NCBI GenBank assembly: GCA_035221665.1
Contig: JAVHYY010000112.1
Location: 310,001-374,000 of the forward strand
DNA length: 64,000 bases
Reading direction: 5' to 3'
DNA from: Okamejei kenojei
Taxonomy: Eukaryota
Shown here: one piece after another, positions 38,586 through 51,249 of the stretch
Layout of the letters: every line of letters starts with the position of its first letter
Position numbering within the stretch: the stretch's first letter is position 1
Program-made: the position numbers and the translations under genes
Notes under the pieces: generated by a model
Told to the model about the DNA's origin: nothing
The model's database searches: none
What the model saw: the letters and a program-made list of their open reading frames with translations, nothing else

Positions 38586-39854
38586 TTAACATATGCCACA
38601 GCCGTGGTATTGTTCATCTTGATACGACATGGACAATTCCATAATAAAACAATCGATCTTTAATCCATAACTCCTTATACTTCAACAATTAATACGAATG
38701 ATTGGAAAATTTCTTAGGACAAACCATTTATGTTCACCTGGTATTATTGTCTGCAGTCCGAACAAGAGACATATCAATTATTGTTATAAGAATAGATAAT
38801 ATTCTTATCTTTACCCAAACATTCACAGAAGCTGTACATCATCTGTAACACTTGCTTCAGTTTGCAACAGCTGTTAATCTTATAGTTGAAGCAGCTTGTG
38901 AACCTTTTTTACATTACTTTAATAATGATAACGTATCATTTGATATTTTGCATAAGCCTCTTCACAAGGCATACATCTTCTTATAAGCTTCTGTATTCCT
39001 TCTTTTGGAACTTTATTAATTTTTTACCTAACCTAATAGAGGGACAAAGTATGTCAACAACAATTAGACATATTTGTATCATGGAACAATTTTCCCTCTC
39101 TTATGGTGCTTGAATGACTTCTAAATTCAGAATAGTAATTTATGCGTATTTTATTAATGCCAAAGCATATGCTTTATGTAATGGGTCAGGTTATGCTTTA
39201 TGGGTCAGGTCCATACCTTCCACCAGGTTTGCAATTGCAGCACTAATTTGCAGCTGCTGTTATCTCTTCCAATTTAAATGTAATCGAGATAACCCATGAC
39301 CATGACCTCATTAGTGCAAGTGCTGATCTTTTATCAGTATAATTGTTCCTTTAGTGTTCGGTTTAACAGCCTTGAACTGATTTGATTGTTTGGACAATGT
39401 TTTAACTTGCACAGCTTGACCCACTTTAATTATTTTCAAGCACCCCTGTAATATTGATTAACACTTTGTTAATCACAACAGTTTTTCCATGTTCTAGATG
39501 TTTCCATTTTCTTACACTGTGAAAGTGTATATATATAATGATGTTTTGTATGGTTTATACCATAAAATCTTTACACTGAGGTAATTTAATAATATACATG
39601 TACGTCCTTCTTATTAAAATTACTTTTGAGTGCAAACCTGAAATCAACTTTTAAAGTTTTCTTATACAGGTGAACCAATCCTTCCTTGTTTATATTAAAT
39701 TAACAATCATAATACACCTGTAATCCCCCAGAATTGGAGATTTCATGAACTTATTTTGTAACCAGATGTTTGCACCTCTTCAACGTACTTCAAGCCTTCT
39801 TTTCCCAATTATATAGGTTTGGATAAGGCTATGTTTGGATTAAACCACTTCTGC

Positions 39855-40055
39855 CTTTGTTTTGATCCATTATCAAATCTTTCATTGGATCATAGTTTTA
39901 TTTCTCCGCAAGTTAAAAGATCTTTGGTTTTGTTTTGATCCATTATCAAATCTTTCATTGGATCATAGTTTTTTCCCCGCAAGTTAAAAGATCTTTGTCT
40001 TTGTTTTGATCCATTATCAAATCTTTTATTGGATCATAGTTTTTCTCCCGAAAGA
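39855..40055. repeat. about 72-bp tandem repeat, three copies
   Basis: ttttgatccattatcaaatcttt(c/t)attggatcatagtttt occurs three times. Confidence 0.9.
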
Positions 40056-41194
40056 TCAGTAGTCTGTTCTTTTGTAATTAATATCTTTGATTTATCATAA
40101 GGCAGGTTTATTCCATAATAATCAGGAGTTTAATATATCCCGATTTGTATTGATCTGCGAACCTATAGTGCAGATTTGGTAAATTATATATATTTCTTCC
40201 CATTAAGCTCCACAACTGATGGCAATTTATTTTATTTTGAAAGTATTACTTATTTGCACCATTTTGAAATACTTTGAAATTGTATTTCTTATATCTCATA
40301 TTATTTGAGACATGGATATTATAAACGGATTTACCGTTGATATTTTAATAAAACATAAACGTTTTATCGATTCTTGAAGTTGGTGAGATACCATATAATT
40401 AATGTTGGCAGCTAGGTTTTCTTCCATAGCCTCACCACTTCCTTTAGATATAGCAAAATCTTTTGCTATCTCAGGCACATCTGGCCTCTCTTATTTATTT
40501 GTGGTGTGCATTCATAATTCACATCACCACTTGCAGGGTCTGTCTTTTGCAGCCCTGATCCACTTGGAATTATAACCAAAGAGACTTCCTCCACCCTAAT
40601 CCAGGGTCCAGAGTTTCAATTCTCAATTTGGCACATAGCCATATTTTGTATATTCAAGCCCCTCAGGGTCTTTTTTGGGGAACTGTTTGGGTACTGTGAC
40701 CCTTGTCTCTTTTTATATTTTTGGAGTACTTTCTCCATATCACGAAATTTATTAACTTTTTAAATTACAGCCTTTCAGACTTTTAAAATTTCCTGCCAAA
40801 AGATTGTGGAGCATTATTACCTTTCTACCGTATTTTTAACGGTACCATTATCGGAACCGGCCCCGTAATTAATCTCTCCTCCCGATCGCTGGGTATTCTC
40901 CTGGGACGTTCTTTTCAAAACTCCGTTGTTTTTAACAGAGTATTTCTGTTCAATTTAAACTTTTTACTTTGTTTTCAAAACTTTTAAAATCCTGGGTCAA
41001 TCCCCCAGGCACGGAGTTTTGCAGACATCCTAAAAAATTTTTTCAACTGCACTTACCTACCGGTTCCGTACCTACCGCTGTCGAGGAGCTGTCTGTGCAG
41101 CTCCTGCTTCTGCCGTCAGCGTCGACGTAATGCCGTTCCAGCGCCAGGCGGGCCTTCTTCACGTAGTCACTCACGTGACTCCGAAGTAAAATAG

Positions 41195-41620
41195 ATTTGC
41201 GACGATGTTGCAAGGACTGGAGAGCATGAGCTTTTGGCAGAGATTGGGCAGGCTGCGACTTTATACCATGCAGTGCGGGCGGCTGAGTGTTGATCCAAAA
41301 TCACGAGGGCAAGGGACAGGGTGAATGGACAAAGCTTCATCGTGTCGGGGAATCAAAAATTAGGAGGGAAAGCTTTAAGGTGAGATTTCGTAGGAACTTG
41401 TGCGGCATTGTTGCACCCAGATTGTGATGGGCCTATGGACCGAGCAGCCAGGGGAGGTCGTGGAGGCATCTACTACAACAACATTTCAAACGGATTTGGG
41501 CAATAAGATGCACAGGAAAGGATATGGGGGAAAACAGGCAAATGCGACTATCTTACAAGGGGTAAATTTGTCAACGTGCTAAATGGGCCGAAGGGCTCAT
41601 ATCGGGTGGTGTGGCTCTGA
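41195..41620 (+). mobile_element. old CR1-type 3' fragment
   Basis: gatgttgcaaggactgg...gggccgaaggg resembles the CR1 3' end. Confidence 0.6.
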
Positions 41621-44600
41621 TGCTATATCGTTCATTTGCGAATTCAAATGTTTTAACTATGCTACTCGCGGAATATTATTGTACAAGAGTAAACACAATA
41701 TAATGGCAGTCTTTACGACATTCTCAAAGTCCAACTTCGATAGCCATTACTCCTGGGCAATGGTTCAGAGGTATACTTTGCGCACTCACGACACACTTAA
41801 GGAAGTAAAACCGAATCTTCTAAACGTTGTTTCTTCATTAATTAGTATTTTATTGAAGTAGTACATAGCGAATTAATAATCCGTCACTTTCCGTTCTTAA
41901 TCGCTGTTCCATTCATGTCACGTAAATCGTATGACATTCCTTCCTATAAATGTTTGTTGTGTCGTGATCATGTCATGTGTGTGTGGTAAAAAAACTGTTT
42001 TCTCACCATCCGACCGACACCCAACTGACTCCTAATCCACGAGTATGCGCCAGTCTCTTCAGGAAATAGACACACCCCTTCTACATATCAAATCCCACCT
42101 TCAAAAGTACAGACAGATCAAAACTAAAATATGAAAAATGTTAGACATCGCTATAATATACTGACTTAATGGCTCCTGCAATGTATTTATGTGCAGACGG
42201 GAAAAGAAGAGGACGGTTAAGACTATTTTCCTGAGTGATGGCGAATGACTATCTGTATGAATGTTACAACATTTTCAGATCATAAAAATCAAGCCTGTAA
42301 TTCATCCCATAAGCTAAAAAATAATTTTAATTTGATACCCAATCCACTTTCATGGCCATTTTCACACTCGGAAATTAGCATCTTGCGCTCCATTACTTTT
42401 CCATGAACTGAACACAGAAGCTGTGATCGAGGACAGTCAATTGGCATAAAAGCCAATTACTTGGTTAAAAATTAAGAGCTGAATGAAATTTTCTGTTATT
42501 ATAGATTAAAGCATTCTAAAACAAATATGATACATCTTACTTGGATGGCTAGAAAGTATATAATTATTTAATTACCTAATTACGGAGCTAAATTACAAAA
42601 ATAACCGTTGTGAAGGAAATAATAATAAACACCCAAACAGCCTTGAAAATTCAAAAGTGTGATAATCTCAAGATCAGACTATAATATCATTGTAACGTTA
42701 AAACAAATATTAAATACCCAACAAAAACATATTCATCAGTGGCATAAATTAAATTAAATTAATGTAAATTCAATTACTAGGTCCAAACATATATCCCATT
42801 TTTAAGAAAAGGCTCAAAATATTTGTTTTAATAGCCACAGTATCGAAGTAACAAACTGATCCCATTTACACAATACGTCACAATACAACATCATTTTAAA
42901 ATCTCACTTTGTCATGAATTGATATGCCAAATGGAAGGAATTTAATGTTTAATTCCCACAAATATTACTCTCACTCACTGCAGCATACAAGGGCCGTTTT
43001 GCACAGACATTTGTTCAACATCCAGAAACATCCACGCTCAAGATAATCAAAATAATTATTTTTGCATAATCTTGTCATAAGAACATCTAAATGATCTATA
43101 TGTTGTGTTATTGTCTATCCACGATCAATATTTTCATACTAAACATCTCACTAATAGTTTATTGTAGACGTTTTCAGATATTTAGTATGAAAATATTGAT
43201 CATGGATGGACAATAATACCAAATATAAATGTTTTAGATGTTCGTGTAGCATGATTTTGCAAAGAAAAATAACGAATTTGAGTATCTTGAGAGTGGCTGT
43301 TTCTTGATTATGATCGATCGGTATGTGGCCGCAAAATGTATGATTTCAGCCCCATATCGGCAAGCAAGACACGGCCGATATAATATCGGGGCCGAAATTA
43401 CATTTTTCGCATCTTCAGATTTAAATGAAACCACACCAAAAAGCAAGAAAATATGTTAATAAACGACATTCCTTTTGTTTTGTCCTGCACTTGCGATCCG
43501 TGATGTTGAGGACGTTGAAGGCGTTAGAATTCGCGTTTAACTTGAATCGACCAGCAACTTAAAAAAAAAAACGGGACCGATATCGTAAATCGATTTTTCT
43601 TCATCAGCTTGAAGTCTGAGCAAATTCCTCTGCGACAACCAATACAAACCCTCATTTTAATCCCGCCCATCCCTCAAAGAGCCTCCGGAATCGCACGCAC
43701 AGGCAGCAGGAAAATCTGGAGCGCCACTGATGGTAGGGTTTTGTATCAACGCTACTATCTGTATACCGTGGGTTGCTTTGTATCATGCTGGTTTACATTA
43801 AAGACAGACACAAAATGTGGGTGTGCACCATCTGAAGAGAAAATTAAGACATGGCGTTTCGGGTCTGAACGCTTCTTGAGACTGGAAGTATGAGTAGGCG
43901 GAGTGGAAATAAATTGGTCGAGAAAAGGACAGTAAAATGTCAAGGCCGACAACACATGAACTCAGGAAGGGTGGAGTCCATAATGGCGCATTGTTGGCTG
44001 GGGAAGGTGTGATAAAAGGATGCGAACTGTTGCATTGTATCGTGTTGGAAATGCATAGACCCTGCTGTCCAGAGGCAAAATATATTCAATGCCACCGTTA
44101 ATTGGGTAACCGTGTGTAAGTCTCGGAAATAAATTCATTGTCTTATTACCCATTTCGCCTCGAGGTTATGTAGGTTTTTAAAGTCCTTCCGGCCAAATCA
44201 GTGTCCAGTCCTTTTTGCCATGCATACAGGGGTTGACGGGCTGGGGAGGTTAGCGCACGCACATTGATACCGCTACGTGTAGAAGGGTTCGAGTCTCGGC
44301 CGCGTTTATCATTAAGTTTCAGTCTGAGTTCAGTTTATTTTTGGATATACGATTCTATCAACGTCCTGACAGTGTACTGTATTTAAAAATATTTTCGGTA
44401 TTAACACCATAAACTTGTCAACATTTTAGAAGGGCGACGTGATGAAAATTAGTTACATTGATTTTCATTATTTCACAACATCGTTAGACATTTTAAAAAG
44501 AGGCAGTTAACGTTTTAGTTTCGACGAGCATAAATCTGCATAACCCAGTCACGCTGATGAAGAGGATATGGGATGTTTCCAGCCCGTTCTACAAACCAAT

Positions 44601-45155
44601 TTATCAATGCCTTGCACTTAATGCTGGGTTCTTGCCTTACGCATGTCTTTGCGGTGGCGCGCAGAACCATGTCCAGCGCTGGCCCCATGCTGTTCTTCGG
44701 ATCCATATCAGCATAGTCTGGACCAATGAACCTCGCCAACGGGGAAACCTCCTGCCTTGCTACGTTTATCTTAACACGCGACGCAACCGTGAGCAATTCG
44801 TCGGAATTTTAGTTTCACTCAGTGTCAGGGAACCAGTCAATTCAGGGAACTTAATTATGGACAGCAGATGGTTTCTTACGAATAATACTCAAATAACACA
44901 CAGAGAAATCTGAAATATAGGACGATTTTATTGCGGAACTTTGTATTGTCAGAGTCTAACGCTTATTTCGTACCCGGTATTATTGCCACAAGGCTATATC
45001 ATCCACAGGTTGTCTGCAGATAGCACACATTAACCTAAAGCGGACTATCATATATGAATGAGCAGCCTGCATACGGTTACAAGGAAGTAAACGTTTTTTT
45101 TTTTATTTTCACAATTACCATGAGATGCAGGGGCAGGCATTGGTGGTCTTGCCCC

Positions 45156-47375
45156 TTACTTGATTTTGTTAATCAGCTTGAAGGGGTATGTGACCGCATT
45201 TTTCAACTGCTCCCTGAATTTGGTCTGCGTCCCCGCGTAAATACACGAGTTGGTGCAGGAACTGAGAAGCTCCAGCATATATCCGCTTTCTTGTAGAATA
45301 AACCTCGGGTCAGTGGAATTGGAACTGTTGGCATAGTTATTGCTTGAAAACTGCACAAACAGAAAGTTAACAACAAACGTCAGGCGCAGCAACATGAAAC
45401 TACCCGAGATGGCGAAGAGTAAAATGATGGACTTCTTTCTGCTCTCCATCTCTGGGTCCCTCTGATTGTCTCCATTGCTCTGGGCCCGGAGCCTCTTGCG
45501 GGCTCCACTGGCCGCCAGGATATGTCTGACTGTCAGCGCGTTTAGTAGCAAAATCAGAAGTAAAGGGAGACATGGGTTTAATATACGATGCAGCCAGTCA
45601 TAAACTCGCCAGGAAGTTGAAGTGTAATATATTTCTTTAATGCTGCAATACCAGGGAACCTTATCGATAACATACACGGGCTCATAAACAAAGTAAAGCG
45701 GTATGTTTTTGAAGCAGACAAGCGCGCAGACTACTCCAATAACTGCAGCCGCCGTTTTCTCCGTACAATAACCGTGTTTCAGTCGCTGGCAGCAAATGAC
45801 GATGAACCGATCGAAGGTGAACGCGACAGTTAACCAGACGGACGTGTCTTTGCAAGCCCAGCTGACTGCAATGACGACACTGCAGGCCGGATTTGTCGCC
45901 AATAAACTAAGCGGGAAATAAATAGGCCGGAGCCGGCTCAATATTACGGCTACGACAATGACCAGGAGATCCCACAGCGCCATGAACACCAGGTAGCGTG
46001 TGATGCATTTGGAAAGGCCGCATCTTCCCTGGGAGAGAATCACGATCGTCACCATATTGGCTGTGAAACAAACAGAAATACGATGGAGTTATTCATCATT
46101 ATTCCGGCCGCGTCGCCAGTTTATAGGAACGTAGAAACGAAATTCAGTCCTGGTGGAAGTCATTATGGTTGAAAATATTACTCGCGAGGCTTTTTGATCC
46201 CCCCATCTCTTTTTCAGCTTACTCTTCCCCTACAATCGGATGAAATAAGAGTCCTGACACGAAACTTTCGCCTTTCCACATATTTCAGAGTCGTTGCCTG
46301 ACCCGTTTATCAGTTAAAATGAGCACACCGAATGGAAACGTTGCCACATAGCTTATCTTAGTATTCTTTGGTTTTAAATGTTTATGGTTTAGAACGGAAG
46401 AAATGCAAAAAAAAAAACATGTAATTAATATTAAATTGGGAACATGCACACATTCGAAAGCAAACAGTGGAACCTGACCAATGACACACATGAATGAAAT
46501 TATCTGCTGATAATAGACCTGCCTAATCGTTGCCTAAATTCGCTATGACCTTTCGAGGCACAATATAAAAACGTAGGCAAACTTCATTCATACAATGTCT
46601 ACTCCGATAGTAAAACAGGGTTCTGGTACAAAATTGAACCAGGCCGAGGAGAGTGGAGGTGGCATTCCGGCGCGTTCACCAAGATCTCGCAAACAGTACC
46701 GAACATTGAAGCGTTCTCCATTGCCATCCTGACACCTTTCTCTTTGCACTTTCTCTGCTTTCAACTGATTATTTTAAAAATGTGAAGAAGGTCCTCGACC
46801 GGAAACGTCACATATTCCGTTTCTCCAGAGATGTTGGCTGACCGGCTTACTTACTCCAGCATTTTGTGCCAATCTTTGGTTTCAACCAGCATCTGCAGTT
46901 CCTCCCCACAGACATTCCGAAGTCTGATGCAGAAAATTTGGTAAAGCACGAAGACTGCATACGATTCCATTCAAATCAGTGCATTTTGCAATGCCTGCCT
47001 TTGTTACCAACAGAACAAATCGAACGAATGTTAATCTGAAAACTGAATTGTATAATTGATTGCCTTCTCCGTATTGAGTTACTAGATTCTACCAAATAAA
47101 ATGTCAAAGCGAGCAAATATTGGGGAATCTATGCGTTTATTACAAAGTAAGGCAGGTGAAAGGAAAATTAACTTCCAAATTAACAAAGCGTTTCGCTGTA
47201 CGTGACAATAAATAAACTGATCTAACCGATCTAACGAGGGACCTGTAACTAGACGTAACACGGTTTAACTTAGGTTTCCGCCATTCGTTTACTGGGAAGA
47301 TTTACCTGGCAAGCCAAACGCCGCAAGAGTACTGTAATAAACGGCAAAGACTGGTCCATTTCCAGGCGCGTGCAT
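45156..47375 (-). CDS. intact two-exon GPR139/GPR142-like class A GPCR, 324 aa (exon 1 47375-47306, exon 2 46060-45156)
   Basis: Exon 1 MHAPGNGPVFAVYYSTLAAFGLP ends at GTAAAT; after cacAG comes ANMVTIVILSQGRCGLSKC. Seven hydrophobic segments, with ALWD (TM2), FTFDRF (TM3) and SSCTNSCIY (TM7). Confidence 0.95.
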
Positions 47376-48679
47376 TTTCTTTGGAAAGGCGTGCTGATAA
47401 CCAATAACTACTGAAATGCTTACGTTGTACTTCTATATATACCCGGCTCGAATCTCAACGGCTGTAAGTAACTTGCATCATCAGAATTGTTAATTAACAT
47501 TTTCTGAATAAACAAATTAAGTCGTTTCACGCACGTGTGACTTCATCCAGCAGTGTGATTAAAAACGTGACACGGCTCTCATTTGTGAGGGAAATCTCGT
47601 TTTGGATAAGGTAGAAATATTGTCCCTTGGGAGATAAGAGATTAAGGTTCTTGTCTCTTAACTAATTGCTGAATAGAACACTGTCGAAGGAGATTGACTA
47701 AATATATTTCATGAAGAGCAAAACTGAAGAAATTGAGATTGAATTGGAAACCGGGGTATATGAAATTTTGGCAAAGGGACAGAATAGTTGTTCTCCGGAT
47801 ATACGGAGATCCATGCAGAAATGACTGGTGTTCTTAGAATAAATCAATGTCAGACTTCGAGGACGGAAACACAATTTATAGACTTCCAGAAAACATGGCG
47901 GATGTGTGGTTTTGCCAAGAATAGTCGTAGACCAAATAAAATGATTGACAACGTGTTGGAGTGGTTCGGCAGAAAGTGGCTTAAAAGGGATGCTCAGGGA
48001 TTGGTTATCTTGAATTATGTTATCTGGAAAGAAAACATTCATAAATAACCCAGAGAGCGGCGCCGCAGAAAGCATCTTATCGGGGTGCATCGCAGACTGT
48101 TTTGGAGCAGCTTCAAACAAACAGACCATCACTTAAATCAGCCTCTCTTGCATTGACACCATCTACACTTCGCCGGCAAGGACCAAGGACACAATCAAGG
48201 ACCAATCTCACCCAGGTCATTTCCCTTTCTCCCCACGTTGATCACGCACGAAGTACAGCAGCTTAAAAACGCATTCTTCCAGATTGAGGGACAGATTCAT
48301 CCCAGATGTTAATAGGCAACTGAACAATTCTGTCAGCTGGACTACCTTTCTGACCTCCCATCTGCTTAGTAGGCGTCCACTGCACTATCTTTGATCGGAA
48401 TTTATCGGGGCATGTTGCATAGGCTGGAACAATATCCTTGGAGTGCAGCAGAACGAGGAGTGATAATTTCGAGGTGTAACAAATTATGATACGAAAAGAA
48501 CGGGTAGATGCATAGAGTATCTTGCTCAGATTAGGTGAATCGAGGAACATAGGACATATATATTAACGATCGATTGATTGGAAGATACAGCAAGGAAACA
48601 CGCACTTCGGCCCACCGAGTCCATGCCCATCACCGAACGCAAGTTCACACTCGTCCCATGCTCTTCTACTTTAGTGTCC

Positions 48680-48830
48680 ACTCCAGCACATATAGAGCGA
48701 TTTACAGATGCCAATTTACCTACAAACCCGTACGTCTTTGGGATGTGGGAAGAAATCGGAGAACCCGAAGGAAACCACGTGGTTACGGGTAGAATGTGCA
48801 AACGCCAAACGGCCAGCGCCTGATATCAGG
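48680..48830 (-). mobile_element. HE1-like SINE fragment
   Basis: gccaatttacctacaaacccgtacgtctttgggatgtggga, a SINE body. Confidence 0.65.
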
Positions 48831-49060
48831 CAATATGTTACTGCCTGATATCATGCATTCTGTGGTGCTGGGAGACAGCAAATCATATTCCTTATCTCCA
48901 GAGATGCTGCCTGTCCCGCTGAGCTATTCCAGCATTTTATGCCTACCTTCGATTTAAAATAGTATCTGACCTTGTTTTTCCTACACAGTTCAATACATAT
49001 GTCATTATTACGAGTCATAGGCCCACGCAGCTCAGTAGGGTGGCCCTTCTCCAATCCGTT

Positions 49061-49097
49061 TCATGTTGTGACCGCCCCGCCCACATCGCGTTTGGTT
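49061..49097 (+). promoter_or_regulatory. V promoter block conserved with the paralog (TGAC plus GC box)
   Basis: tcatgttgtgaccgccccgccc...tttggtt versus tcatcttatgactgccccgccc...tttggtt at 55941-55979. Confidence 0.5.
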
Positions 49098-49209
49098 AAT
49101 TCGCATTGGCAGCATTGCTTGCATTCATCTTTGCGAGCCAACTGCAGCCGGTCGCTGGTTGGGTTAGCTGGTTATACAATTAGCATATTTGATCAGACAG
49201 TGTGGTTCG

Positions 49210-49713
49210 ATGACTGTTTACTTACATAATCGTGCCATTATGTGTGAACACCGCCTCCCGATCTTCGTTATCATGTCACTTCTCAGTAAGGATTCTCACC
49301 CAGTAAAAATCCTTTCTTCTCACGAATGTTGTCACTTGATTTCTGCCGATAAAGACAATGCTGATGCCGCTTCAATCATATGATTCTGACAATTGCTATT
49401 TTCTCTTAGACTGGAGCCATCAATATACGGTGGAACAGGCCGAAGCAGAAACCACATTTGCGGAGGGAAAATATGTAACACTCAAGTGCCTATTGAAAAC
49501 CAGCGATACACTCCCATATGTTTACTGGTACAAACAGCGACTTGAACATTCTCCGCAGTACCTGATTCAGGTTATAGGAAATAACGTAAACAGGGCGAAA
49601 GGCATCACAGATCGATACTCTGCTACATTCAATAAAACGGCAACGATGGGCGAGTTCGTGATACGTGGCGGCGTGTTCTCCGACTCCGCCCTGTACATCT
49701 GTGCCATGCTATA
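49210..49713 (+). CDS. TCR alpha/delta-type V gene segment (leader 49210-49285, V exon 49410-49713)
   Basis: Leader MTVYLHNRAIMCEHRLPIFVIMSLL ends at GTAAGG; after cttAG comes NWSHQYTVEQAEAETTFAEGKYVTLKC...VYWYKQ...DSALYICAML. Confidence 0.93.
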
Positions 49714-49752
49714 CACACTGGTGCAAAAGTGCAGCGGGTTCGAACAAAAATA
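49714..49752 (+). other. 23-RSS
   Basis: CACACTG, 23 nt, ACAAAAATA. Confidence 0.9.
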
Positions 49753-49783
49753 AGTGCAGCGGGTTCGGTGTTCGTCATAATCG

Positions 49784-49800
49784 ATCGGCAGAGGGCGCTC
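49784..49800 (+). promoter_or_regulatory. candidate CTCF motif just 3' of the RSS
   Basis: ATCGGCAGAGGGCGCTC; a degenerate counterpart cgccagcgagcgctc lies at 56631-56645. Confidence 0.5.
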
Positions 49801-50149
49801 TTAGTCATAAACCAGAAAGGCTGTCTCAATAAAGATACTTTTAGACTTCTAGATACTTTTAGAACTTTAGATTTTAGACCTTAGAGACACTACGCGGAAA
49901 TTAGCCCTTAAGACCACCGATTACCCGCGCACCAACTATCATCCCACACAGTAGCACTATTCTACGCACCAGGGACAATTACAACTACTGGGACTTAACA
50001 ATGGCGCTACTTATACGACTGCTTTACACTTGGACTGTATTTGAGATGGTTATCTGATATGTATCTAAGTGTTTATGCATAATGATACGTGTATTGATCT
50101 GCATATGGAAATGAATTTCACTGTACCTCGGTACATGTAATAAATAAAT

Positions 50150-50355
50150 ACCATACCATACCAATTTACAATGTTCAGCGAAGCCAATTAACCTACAACC
50201 ATGTACGTTGTTTGTGTGGGAGGTAAGCAGAGCGCCCGGTGAAAACACACGCAATCACATGGATGTATTAGATGCCCCTTAAAGTACCCGTGGTTAGGAT
50301 CGAACGCGGGACTCTGGAGCCCCAAGGCAGCAACTCTACCGCTGCGCTATTGTGT
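50150..50355 (-). mobile_element. HE1-like SINE
   Basis: Head tagcgcagcggtagagttgctgcc...gttcgatcc on the minus strand. Confidence 0.7.
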
Positions 50356-50711
50356 TGCCCCCTTATTCCGCTGGAGGTAAAGTGCAACAGAAAATCGGGA
50401 AAGTTGGGTTGTTTTCGGATGTGAATAAGTTCGAACAGTTTAGTCCGTTGACCAACACCGAGATATTCAGATTTTGCAAAAAATCACCGTCTGCTAATTC
50501 CATTCGCATCGACCTGGCATCGCTTGGTCATGTTTATTAAACTTCTTTACTCCCAAGCACGGAATCCAGTATTTTAAAAACCCGTCTGCCTGAAGGACTG
50601 AAAGGAAGTACGGCAGTGAAGAAGCAATATTTTAGAAGGATAATGTACAGTCTGCTCCACGAATACATTTGGAAGATAGGATCAATTGTGACCACACAAG
50701 AACAACGATTG

Positions 50712-50990
50712 AAAGTCGTTTGATGAGTGCGTGGGCAGCACGGTGGCGCAGCGGTTGCATTGCTGCTGTACGCCTGGGTTCGATCCTGGCTCTGTACACT
50801 GTTGCACGAAGTGTGTACGTTCTCCGTGACCTGCTTGAGTTTTCTCTGGCAGCTCTAGTTTCCTCCCACACTCTAAAGATGTGCAAATTTTAAGGTTAAT
50901 TGGCTTGGTATAATTGTAAAATTGTCCCCTGATCGCTGGATCGCTGGTGGACGCGGACTCGATGGATCAAAGAGCCTGTATCTCTAAACT
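50712..50990 (+). mobile_element. HE1-like tRNA-derived SINE
   Basis: gggcagcacggtggcgcagcgg (A box)...gggttcgatcc (B box), plus the SINE body. Confidence 0.75.
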
Positions 50991-51169
50991 AATCTGTCTC
51001 TNNNNNNNNNNNNNNNNNNNNNNNNNNNNNNNNNNNNNNNNNNNNNNNNNNNNNNNNNNNNNNNNNNNNNNNNNNNNNNNNNNNNNNNNNNNNNNNNNNN
51101 NNNNNNNNNNNNNNNNNNNNNNNNNNNNNNNNNNNNNNNNNNNNNNNNNNNNNACTACAATAAACCAAT

Positions 51170-51230
51170 CAAAACTAAACTAAACTAAACTAAACTAAAC
51201 TAAACCAAACGAAACTAAACTAAACTAAAC
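51170..51230. repeat. (TAAAC)n microsatellite
   Basis: Visible pentamer array next to an N-gap. Confidence 0.9.
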
Positions 51231-51249
51231 ATGGTTCTCCCTCTATAAT

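Larger units (their letters stand above)
36108..41194 (-). mobile_element. DIRS1-type (tyrosine recombinase) retrotransposon with decayed interior
   Basis: Inverted termini at 36171-36205 and 41131-41165 (35 bp perfect). Region 36320-36432 is complementary to both ends (ICR). AGTAAAATAG occurs at both ends, and a gag-like fragment lies at 40478-40296. RT and YR motifs are not clearly readable. Confidence 0.8.

Noticed and set aside
38780-38900. Plus-strand IDNILIFTQTF resembling an RT YxDD region
   Set aside because: Opposite to the inferred DIRS orientation, lacks the DD and is bounded by stops; unresolved without a search.
39855-40055. Repeat array as CRISPR
   Set aside because: Eukaryotic context, and the units repeat entirely with no unique spacers.
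42230-43620. AT-rich stretch resembling a non-autonomous DNA transposon
   Set aside because: Could not identify terminal inverted repeats or a TSD by eye.
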